From Saccostrea echinata (taxonomy: Eukaryota): DNA of 64,000 nt. Positions 50,536 through 61,632 of the stretch are shown piece after piece. The notes below the pieces were generated by a model. It was not told the origin of the DNA. It saw only the letters and a program-made list of their open reading frames with translations, and did not search any database. The stretch covers positions 11,408,001 through 11,472,000 of the forward strand of contig NW_026889801.1 in the NCBI RefSeq assembly GCF_033153115.1. The letters run 5' to 3'. Both the position numbers and the translations under genes were made by a program. Numbering within the stretch: the stretch's first letter is position 1; each line of letters begins with the position of its first letter.

Positions 50536-50615
50536 TAATAAATTAGTTTGATATATAACCATATTTTAGTGATTCTTGAGAAACTCTTCTGGCTTTCTTT
50601 TGTTTTGTTTTGAAG

Positions 50616-51131
50616 ATGTCCTTTAAAAGGAGCTTGCAGTTCGCTCAGCACTTTATAGAATGTACCGAATGTCGCGGTGGAGAAAATGCAGAGTATCATT
50701 GTAGAAACTGCTTCAAAAATCTTTGTCAAGTATGTGGAGGAATTCATCCCAATCCTCATACTGTCAACTTGTATACAGAAAAGTATGAAAAATCTGTTGA
50801 AGTCCCTAACTTTTGTTCCATTCATAAAGGTCACGCGAACGAAATGGTCTGTCAAGAATGCGAAATGCCAGACTGTTCTAGATGCATAATTGAAGCTCAC
50901 AAGAGTCATAACTTTAAATTAGCACATGACAGATCACCCAGATCACACATCAAAAAACAATTCCTGAGTAGACATCTTCAAAATTGTTTCAATTACCGAA
51001 TACCGTATCTTGAAAACTTTTTACAGCACATTTCTGCTCGATTTAACAAGATTTGGGTGTCATCGTCTGCATGGATAATGACGGGGAAAAGATTGATAAT
51101 GTATATGGCACCAATTCAGATTGGGGTTGTC
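50616..51131 (+). pseudogene. B-box/NHL (TRIM-like) gene, 5' half: two B-boxes and start of the NHL propeller
   Basis: AQHFIECTEC..YHCRNCFKNLCQVC..H..H (B-box 1), CSIH..CQECEMPDCSRC..HKSH (B-box 2), HIS..KIWVS. An NHL-like continuation MDNDGEKIDNVYGTNSDWGC lies in a different frame from 51071, implying a frameshift. Confidence 0.8.
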
Positions 51132-54100
51132 AGGAAAGGCCATAGTTTTTCGCTTCCGGTTTTAAATTTTATACACCGACTCTAGACTTCCGGTTATGAC
51201 TCGGCTTTGGCGCAAAACATTCAGTCTGGCCATTTATCATAAATTTCGTGTGATTATATAAAAATACAAGAATGCCCCGGTCTAAAAAAGGAACGTTCGT
51301 GAAAGCTTCGTTCCTCCGGAGACTTGAGGGTCTAAGGAGAGCAAGAGAAGCCCGTGCGTTAAAAGGTAAACAGGGTAAGTGTCTGTATTAATAATTATTG
51401 TGTAAGCGTTCTGCTATGGACTGTTGGAATATGTAGCAAAAGATTCAATCATTTATTGTGTAAATATTAGATGTTGAAAATGATGGCCTATGCTTGGAGA
51501 ATGATTCTTCCCCTGTTCTACGAAGTGTTGAGTGTCAAAGTGCAGAAAGTTCATGGCGTGTTGGAAGACGAATTGTTGAACTTGGCACTCTTGTAGATAA
51601 TCTGAAAAGAGGTTGCGCCATGTGTGGGAATGCACTTCAGCTTGTTAACACTATAGGTGAAAGGAAATTTGGACTAGGGCAGGTATTTATTATTTTTTAT
51701 AATATTGTCAATGACTTTGTATTTCAAAGATTTGTTTTTAAAGATGTTGTATACCCTTTACATTAATTTTTGACCAAATGCAGGTTCTTCAGATAAAATG
51801 CACACATTCCACCTGTGCCCATGTTAATGACATACCCACGGGCAGTAAGCATAGGGTTAAAGCAGATATGAAGCAATATGCTTGGGATGTCAACACAAAA
51901 CTTGCTGCAGGTATAAATCAAAAATTTTATTTTGTAAATAAGCAGATAAGAATAAATTATTTCCAGTTATACAAAAGTTTACATCTGAAAGAACTATTTT
52001 GTTTTCATTTTATTTCTGTGATATCTTAGGTATGCTAAATGGTGGTTATGGAATAACTCATGTAAATGCATTACTGGCTGCACTGAATATCCCAGGGATC
52101 ACAAACAGGAGTCTAAAAAGCAGAGAAAGAGAGGTTGGGGAACACCTAGAGGAAATGGCAGGGCAGAGTTGTAATAAAGTTCTTCAAGAAGAAATGAAAC
52201 TGTAATTTTATATACCAAATATTGATATTTAAATTTTGCTTTGTATTTACATGTCATTTGTTAATATTTGCACATTTGTGTTAATTACTTTGTAGGAGTG
52301 ATGGAGACATCACTGTGTCTTTTGATGGTGCCTGGCAGAAGAGAGGTACTGGTAGAGGATACAATAGTCTTACTGGTATGCCCTGGTGACAATGTTACAT
52401 GTTTTGATTCTCCCTCCTCAAGAAGGATTGAGATTTCTTATAGAGTAACATATTTTAATACACATACATGTAGTTATGTACTAGCAGTATTTATCTTGTT
52501 ACAGGTCATGCATCTCTAGTAGGAGAAAAAACTAAAAAGATAGTAAGTTTCTCTTCGAAGAGTAAAAAATGCAGAATCTGCTCAGCTGCATCAGGTAAAG
52601 GAGTTCCACCCAGAAAACACAACTGCCGAAGGAATTGGCATGGATCGGCAAAGGCAATGGAGCCAGCCATGGCCTGTGAAATGCTGAGTGCAATCCAAGA
52701 TGAAGGGTGCAAGGTAACTTTTCATTGAATGTTTGATTCTTATTAGAGCAATGCCAAATATGTCTGTAAAGTTGACTACATTATATATTAAAACTTTGCT
52801 GTTTTAATTAAAGTACATATTTCCAATGTATTTTACAGATAGGAACTTTAGTCATGGACAATGACTCAACAACTATTGCCCATGTAAAAGCCACTGTGGA
52901 CCCAACCATTAACAAAAGAGCTGACAAAAACCACACAAAAAAAGGTTTCACAGGAGCTTTGATTGAGCTTGCCAATACTCACAAAGTTTTGAAAAATCAA
53001 AAACTTAGAGGTCACATTGAAAGGTTTGTGTTTTTGAAGTGTAATATTTCAGTAAAATATCCCTTGATCAACTGTGGTCCAACAAAAACCTTGTTAATTG
53101 TAAGTGCGATAGCTAATTATATAGAAGTATCTTTTCCTTCTTTGTTTTAGATGTTTTACATATTGTGTACAGCAAAACAGGGGCAAGGCTAAAGAGCTTG
53201 AAATTGAACTTGGCAAAATTTTTCCACATTTATATGGTAAGTGAATCAATAAAAAAGTCATTACAAAATTAGGAATGAAGAGTGAAAATATTTTAACTAC
53301 GGTACTTTTTTTTTTGAAGGTGAACCCGAATACTGTGGAACTTGGTGCCAGAGTAAAAAGACTGACTATAAACCACGAAATTTGCCGTATGGAAAGCCTC
53401 TCTCCTGCACCTTACTTCGAGAAGCTTTAGAAGGTCTATTCAAAAAGTATTGCTGTAAGGCAGAAGAGCTAGCCATGATGGGGTCCACCCAAGTCAATGA
53501 GAATTTCAACCATATGGTCTCCACTAAAGCCCCCAAAAGATTGTAAGTACTTTGGTTTATTTCTCTTTGTTTAAAACAAAAATTCTAGGTATAATCTTTT
53601 AAATTGAGTCTGAAATATGAGATTCAAATTGCAAAAAAATGTGTTGTTAGGTTTTATGGAGGTTCAGAAAGTCTACATGCTAGACTCTCAGCCACTGTAT
53701 GTCAAAAGAATATGGGTTATGGTTACATATCAGAGGTAGAAAATTGTGTTAAAAGTTTCAAGTTGATCATTTTTAAATTTGTTTTTCTCTACATTTATTG
53801 TTTGTTATGTTTTGTTTTCTTTCTTTTTTATGGCAAACCTAAGAAAGTTATGTTCACATGTGTTTAGTGTCCTAGAAGTTTATTTTGATTTTAATGGTTT
53901 TCCACAATAAATATTATAAACTATAAATACATGTAGCTTTTAAAAAAGATGTTTACAATCATGTTTATCTAAATAAACATGTACATAAAGTACATAAAGA
54001 TATGGATTTACTAAGAAATTCACATTCAAAACTATAATCCCTGTTCTTATTAACCATTTGATTTGAATATGGAACACTCACAAAATTAAAAATTTACTGA

Positions 54101-56283
54101 AACATGAATTATATTTTACAGTTGAACAAGAAAATGGCATTGTCACCAGGCAATTTCACAATGAAACATACCATTAGACTTGCCAACAAGCTCAAACGGA
54201 AGCGTCTGATGCAGAGTTTACCCACCACAAAGAAACGTCGATTGGAATTAAAAGCTGCCAGGTTGTCTAAAGAAGCAGCGAGGAATGTACTAGAAGGTAG
54301 TGCTTCATTTAAAACAGAATTGAATGTAATGTTTTACTTTGATTTATTGTGTATTTTTCACACCTTTAGAGAAGCCATTGCTAGTGGAATTTCAGTATTA
54401 TTTACTTGAATTTTGTTTGTAACAGGTCAATCATATAAGTCAGATATTGGTCTTGAGGAGGATGTTGATCTTGATGACATTGATCCAGAGCCTCTTAGGA
54501 TTTCTCCAGAGAGCAGCTGCTTGATGTATTTTGATTTAGAAACTACTGGACTTAGTAAGATTTTTTTTTAGTTTACCTTTTCCCTACTAACAAATATAAA
54601 TATTCTTTTATTTTCGAGTTTGGTATAAAATATAATTAATAATTTTGCTTTCAGGTAGAACATCTGACATCATACAGATTGCTGCAGTTTGTGAAGATAG
54701 GTCAATCAATGTTTATCTCAACCCCAGTGTACCAATCTGTAAAGAAGCATCGGCTGCAACAGGTCTCAGATATGACATGGGACAGCTCACTCTTTATGGA
54801 GAGCCTGTGCCTTCAACAGATCAAGTCAGTGGTTTGACCCAGTTTGTAGACTTTACAACAGATTGTGCTTCAAAACCAGTCATTGTGGGCCATAATATTC
54901 AAAACTTTGATCTTCCAATTCTTCAATATCACTTGCAGCGACATGGTCTACTTAAACGATTTGATGAATATGTTTTAGGTTTTTTGGATACATACAAACT
55001 TGCACAGAAAGTGTTTGACAAGAAAACAATGGGAAATTTTAAACAAGAAACATTGGTCAGATTGTGTTTAGGGAAAAGTTACGATGCACACAATGCTCTA
55101 GCTGATGTTTGTAGTTTACGAGAACTGTACGAGTCAAATTTAGCATTCAAATGTGAATCTTCAGATATATTTAATATGAATTATTATAATGTCAAGTCCT
55201 CACTAGTTCCATTGATACAAAGCAAAGTAATTTCTACACTGATCTCTAAAAGGCTTACAGCTAACAATCTAAGCTTAAACAAGCTAAAACTCATACATAA
55301 GCGTGACCCCCATTGTGGGATTCAGACTGTCTTTAGTGAGGTTGTGTCTGGTTCAAAGACACCAAGAATTACGAAGTCTCAGAAGATCATTGGCAAAGTT
55401 GTGGAGTATTTGAACTCTTGTTAGTTCACATCATAAGTATTTTCATTCAACAAAATTATTTGTTTATGAGCTATACTTGCTAGAATCTACATGTATGTTT
55501 GTTACACTACATTTATTCTCTTTATATGTATTAGATTATAAATTGTTAAGAATGTGTACTTGTATGTAAAAAAAAATTGTGAAAAAAGGAAGGGGTTGCC
55601 CCCCCCCCCACCCACCATCACCCTACCCCTTATGTTCTAAGTGTCTAGAAGGACCAAAATTTCAGTATTTTTTAATATTCCATTTGTATTTCATTCTAAG
55701 ACTGTATTTGTTTGTTACATTTTGATATTTTTCACAGTGTGTAAAATATAACTGTAAAACATGCTATTACCAAAGTGGGGGTAGGGGTATTCGAGATATG
55801 ATTTAATAAAATATCTCTGGTCTACTATGATAAAATATGTTTTTTTGTTAACCTTAGATATAATTTTAGATATTTTTAAAGAAAAAATGGCATGTTAACA
55901 ATATAAATTTTGGGACTTTTGAAAATAATGATATTTTGTGATTTTTTTTCTGATGGATTTGAGCAGTATAAATGTTAAATGTGCATGTTTTCAATTGAAT
56001 ATCTCGAAAAATTCTCTTTGTAGTTAATTATCTATTAGATTTAATGAATTATAGCACAATACAGTGTGCTTTGGTGCATATTTGAATAAAATATGAAATT
56101 ATACATCCTTGTGTTAGAATTTGGCTGTTGAAGTTGGGGGTATATGTGCTCTATAGCACATAGTATGAAAATAAGCGTGCAAAGGTATGTGTAATATGGG
56201 TTTTTTTGTTGGCTCAAGAGTTGTTTAAGATATTTAAATGAAAAAATAAATTGTTTGACAGAAAATTCTGATAGTATTTACCT
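51132..56283 (+). mobile_element. Autonomous DNA transposon encoding a DDE transposase-DEDDh exonuclease fusion (superfamily uncertain; Kolobok/Mutator-like DxxH group)
   Basis: Splits an intronless B-box/NHL coding region. Weak terminal IR: AGGAAAGGCCATAGTTTTTC vs AGGTAAATACTATCAGAATTTTC. Alternative limits 51116-56313, bounded by a GCACCAAT direct repeat. Confidence 0.8.
51272..55424 (+). CDS. DDE transposase (Mutator-like transposase domain) fused to a DEDDh 3'-5' exonuclease and PML-C-like tail, ~851 aa, 13 exons
   Basis: Exons 51272-51374, 51471-51682, 51784-51910, 52030-52201, 52296-52375, 52505-52713, 52839-53023, 53151-53236, 53320-53542, 53651-53735, 54122-54296, 54426-54554, 54655-55424 (2556 nt, all GT-AG, no stops). 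DDE motifs: SFDGAWQKRG, GSAKAMEP, VMDNDST, DKNH, GSTQVNENFN. Exonuclease motifs: FDLETTG, GHNIQNFD, AHNALAD. Confidence 0.9.
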
Positions 56284-56859
56284 ACCAAAACTCTTATCAC
56301 TTCGTTCATTTCCGCACCAATCTGCATCTACTCGTGTCCCCGAACTAAACATATCATCGTTGCCTCAAAGGACGAGGAAAAAGATGTCATCATACGATAT
56401 GACAAGAAAGGGAAAAGGCTTTGCAAAATGACCAACAAAAGTGGATTCCATACCTTTATCAGATACTTAATAGTAAATATCAATGGCGATATTTGCATGT
56501 CATGCTTCGATAACCCATTTGGTTCCGTCGTTGGGATGAGGAATGATGACGATTGCCGGTTTTCGTACGTTGGCCGTGCGGGAGGATCAGGTTTTATGCC
56601 ACTTGGAATATGTACTGATAGCAATGGATGGATCTTGGTTATTAATGCGTCAGAACACAACATACACGTGCTTGACCAGAATGGCTTTTTTCTGTCAGTT
56701 ATTTCAACCTGGGAGAAAGGCTCTTACTTTAATTGCAGCCTTTGCATTGATGATGACGGTTATTTGTGGACCTGTGGGGAAAGAGTAGCCAAATGGGAAT
56801 ATGAGGAGGACGAGGAAACGGGTAGAAAAAAGGTAAAAATAATGTCAATGTTTTTCTAG
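56284..56859 (+). pseudogene. B-box/NHL gene, 3' half (NHL beta-propeller)
   Basis: Open frame TKTLITSFISAPICIYSCPRTKHIIV..RYDKKG..NINGDICMS..SVVG..RFSY..FMPLGICTDSNGWILV..IHVLDQNGFFL..SLCIDDDGYLW to the stop at 56859. Confidence 0.82.
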
Positions 56860-59040
56860 TGTGTTTCAATGTAGTATGCTTTAAAGAGTTCTAAAAGCGG
56901 TAACACTATACGATGTTTCTTTTTCAGAAGTGTTCAGTGAGCTAGGTTAAAAGAAAGAAAACACCTTAAAATATGCGTTACTGTGCATGGCAGACGAAGA
57001 AGCTTTCAACGCTATAAGCATACATTGTATATATCAAAGGAGGATCAACTATGAAGTATATATGTTTTTTTTTTTATTTTATAAGCCGAAATTAAAGTGC
57101 TATGAATGAAATTAAGTGTTGTTGAGTGTTTATTATTGGTACAAAATACATGTATATTTCTTTGTATTTTTCTAAATAATCAAGAGTTGTTTACGATGAT
57201 TAATAATTAATGTTTTGCAAGTTATTCAAAAGAGTTTACGATAATGTCAGAAATTTTAGTTCATGAATAGACAAGGATTTATGACAAACATGCCCAAAAT
57301 TCGTTGTTTTTGTAATTTTTAAACGAAACAAGTTTCTAAACATTTTTTTCCCTCAACCCTTTCTTTACCGGCACATTTAAAGCGATTTTGGAGACTCTTT
57401 GACCTACATGTATCTTAATAAATTAATGTTTTTTTTATCCAAAGAGAAAGCTAAGCATAATGCATATCATTTTGTAGGAAATTTCTTAGAGATGATATTC
57501 AATGACTATTCTGGTACTTCAGGACTGACTTTACCAGTGAAAATAGAGGTCAAAGGTCAAATAAGTGCAAAATTTTATCGAATTTTTGGACACTTTTTAA
57601 TCTTCAAGCTAAAAATTTACAATGATGTATGTTGAAGTAGGAAATTTGGAATATACTCACAAAAGGGCATTATACTGAACTCCATAAATCATATGAACTT
57701 TTTTTCAATTCTGCAAATATTGACTTTAAAGATAAGAGTTTATTAATCTTAAAATGATAAAGACAAGCCTCTAAAATTTTCTGCAGCCGGCAAGATAATT
57801 AATCCCAGGGGATAAATTGTACTGTTCTCTCATCATTTTCTTCTAAGTTTACAATAAGAACTTTTTCAGCAACGATAGAATGAGGTTATTATCCAACTAT
57901 CTGTTAAAATTAATAGTATTCTTGAAAAGGCCGCAAAAAATAAATAAACAAAAAAATAATAACGATATCTTTATCTTTACCTTGTTTTTAGAATTCAATA
58001 AAATCACAACTCATTGTGTATTTTACCATTTTACCAAAATAAAGTGTAAACATAATTTAAATCCACGTTTCAGAGAATGTAAATATCATTCAGAGTTGAC
58101 CTTTACTTCAAAACAAACTTCAATTGCAGACAGAGGTGTTAATTAATCTCATTGTGACAGATAAAGATACTGCTTTAGATTTTCTTCAAGAGAAAGGTTA
58201 ATTAATCCCACGGGACTCATTGCAGCTTTCAGAGTTTACAACAGGAACATTCACATCAGTTATCTATCTTTGCCCATTCATTCTTATAGGAACATTCTCA
58301 GCAGTTACCTCTCCATTCATTCTTATATAAAGAATCTACCCCACCACCCCAGCTCCAAACCAGGAGACACAGAGAACCAAACTTAGCATCAAAATATGTC
58401 TTACTGCCTTTTCAACCAACATACCAAATTTGAACTTAATTGGTCAACTATAAAAAAAGTTAATAGAAAAAAACAGAAAATTTTTGGACGGAAGAATGAC
58501 AGACGGACGGACAGAGTGATTATTAAAGGGCACCTACAAATCCTTGCGGGGCCCTTATTAATGCACATAATTTTCAAACATAAGTAATGGTGACCTGCAT
58601 TTGAGTTATCATCTCCCAAAATTTTGGAACAGGTATAATAACCAATAAGTTAAGTTTACAGACATAATAAAGGCTTTACTAAGCCATTGCATATGTTTTA
58701 TTGGTTTTTGATCTTGTATATACATTTAAAATGTGTACAGAAATAATCTGATTTTATACAGTTTGTTTATTATTGATGAACAAAAGGAACAATAATTGTA
58801 ACATTTTTTGACAAGTTCAAGACTTTTAAAGTATAAACAATGTTAAATTGATTAGAAAACTTTTAGAATTTGAACAATGTAGGGGCTTTGCATCTGTACA
58901 TAGAAAGAACTGTACAATAATGCTGTCTACCTTTTGAAAATATCATTTGAATTGGGTGTAATCTAACAGCACTTTTGTGAATTGTATTGAACATGGGCAA
59001 GCAAGTTTGATTTAATGAGGGCACCAACTTGTACTTCATA

Positions 59041-61632
59041 CTAGTTTTCTTCCTTCGGTCTCAATCCCTTCCTTCTTAGTTCAATAATCTTGTTTTGTTT
59101 TATTGAAATGTATTCACTAAAACTCAACTGTTTTTGTACCCTTTCTTTGGATGGAGTTACACCTACAATTGGCATTTTCAGATCATTTTTATACACATTT
59201 ATTTTTGTCTCAGCTTGCGCAAAGAAACCTGCTTTGTATTGGAGCATGTCTTCTGTTAAACCCGTGCACAGAAATCTGTAATTTACAGCTAGCCATGCTA
59301 TGAAGACGGCCTCAACAGAAAACCTGCTTTCCGATTCTAAATAAAGTGGCACTGGGGAACTCTCTAGAAGAACATCATGCTCCGAATCATAGAACATCAA
59401 AATTATGGCATTATCTGAAATGCCTACACAGGGAATGAGAAAGTTAGACAACTCTGGGTGTCTTTTCTTCTGCAGAAATGAGAATACGATAGTTTCTGCA
59501 ACCAGCTTTGCATTCACACTCAGTGGATTATTTTTAGATTTAACCTCTGCTGGTGATTTTTTGCACATTTCATCTTGTTTATCCTCCAAGTTCTGTATAA
59601 TAATGTCACTTTTGATTATAATGTCCACATTACCATGCCATACATGGGGGTTACCTGTATTGAAAAAAAAGAATACTATAGATCTTAAAACCTGCAAACC
59701 TTCATACACTGTTATACAACCAAACTGAAATCACCAAAAACTAGTCTTATTGTTTGCAGTGTTTTCCCTAAGAACCAGATCCCAGGCAAATTGATCACTT
59801 AAGATGATATAAATGCCACTTAGAAATCAAAATCTAAACAGTAATCGTTGTAAGGTCTACAGAGATTTCTTCATAAACCTTAGACCAAAGCCTGTTACAA
59901 TTTATCTCTAACCCTTTACTTTGAAATAAAGGGAAAACACTGATTTGATCGATGTAAAAAAATAATAAATGACCAGATATAAAGAAAGGGCATAATTTTC
60001 ATATGGATTGCATCAATATATCAGGGTTTTCCTTTATTAGCAGTGTGTTCTTTTGTTTGCAGTACAAGCTCTCTGTGTTCTTTCTACATGTTCTGAAGAT
60101 GCCAATAGTCAGAGATCAATGTTTGATTATGACCTTTTTTTGTGCAATGATATTGGAAAAAAAATACACTGTCACATGTATTGGCAATGTTCCATTTTTT
60201 TTTTTTACCTATACTAGTATCTCCATAGTCCCCGGTCAGCACACAGTTTTCAATCCCACAAGCACATTTATTTCCTCCCCTTTTAAAATGCTGGTCAATA
60301 GTATAGTCTGAACATGTTGCCAACTTTGCAAACAGATGGTTGGCCAGCATGGATGTCGCGTCATTTTCATTTTCGAAATCCATATTAACCTTTTCACCTA
60401 AAAAAGAGGAGAAATATATTGAGAAGTTTTAGTAGAAGTATACCAGTTTAAAACTATCAAGACTAAGAGGCCCATGGACAACAATGCTTGCTTTAAACAT
60501 ATGCACTGCTCTCTTCATTTTCAAACACAAATTTGAGATTAAACATTTAACTGTTATCTCAGAATAAGTCAAAAATCATGTTCTCTACAATTATTAAACC
60601 GTGATTTTTGAACACTGATTTCTAAAATATATAATCCAAATGACTTCACAGAAACTAAAATCATTTCTCAATGTCATTAACTTCAGAGATAGACTCATGG
60701 CCGTAGGATCCAGGGGGCATGGGGGGCTGTGCCCCCCCCCCCCAATAATTTTGCTGATATATAGAACACTATAGAAAACATAGCTGCTATATGCTTGTGC
60801 CCCCTCAATAATAATGTCTGATGACCTTTTTTTTTTTTTTTGCTTGTCAAGGAATTTTGGTAGTCCATAGTGCCCACCAACTGAAAATGTATGGTTGTGC
60901 CCCCTCAAAGTGAAATTGCTTCCTACGGCCCTGAGACTACTTAATTGGCGGAAGAATCATAGGCCCTGTTTCTAGTTTTTCATCTCAATGGATAAGGATA
61001 TGAAATATGATACTGCAGTTTTATTGTTTCATTGGGTTTTTCATTTTTTTTTTTCAGATATAATCAGGGAATTAGTTTCCATTGATTATTTTTGATCAGA
61101 TCATATAAATCATTTGTTCATGTAATGAATGTGCTTTTTTCACATTTATTTATTTGTTTTATAACTCAACAAAAGTTTGACATATAGATTGAGCTTTGTG
61201 GCATTCAACTTAGACTTTGCCAGTCCCTAAAGAATATAACGTTATAAACTTACCCTCTTTCAGAAACTTGATGAGTCTTTCCAAAATAATTTTTTGATGT
61301 CTTGCCTCCGGAATTCTTCCCTCCAGAAAATCAATTCCCATATCAAGCCCCGTTCTGAATATGTCACCTAATAGAAAACTCTGGTCAAAGGATTCTAAGT
61401 CACAGAATGCTTCAGAAAAGCGTACTCCCCTGTAAGAAATAGCTGCATTACAAGCTTTTAGTTTGTATAGTGACAATGTGAAATGTGGATCAACAGTCTC
61501 ACAGATCTTGAAGCAAGCTTTCAGTAAGTCTTCAGAATCAAACTCTGACAAATGATCTGAAGACAGAGGAGAAGAATCGATCGCCCTCCGCCGTTTGCTG
61601 GCAGATGGGCCCTCTGCGTGACCACTGTCCAT
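59041..61632 (-). CDS. Uncharacterised ~393-aa protein with candidate PD-(D/E)xK nuclease motif
   Basis: Exons 61632-61254, 60397-60209, 59654-59041 (1182 nt, both introns phase 1, GT-AG). GDYGDTSIGNPHVWHGNVDIII..AEVK..KLVAETIVFSF..LIPCVGIS..FYDSEHDVLL. Confidence 0.8.
60696..60933 (-). mobile_element. hAT-like MITE with 5-bp TSD
   Basis: Inverted sister of 35028-35252; AGACT on both flanks. Confidence 0.8.

Noticed and set aside
51117-56324. CAGATTGG / CCAATCTG as the TIRs of the DDE-DEDDh element
   Set aside because: Both octamers fall in sequence that reads as host NHL coding (SDW and PIC), and no TSD flanks them.
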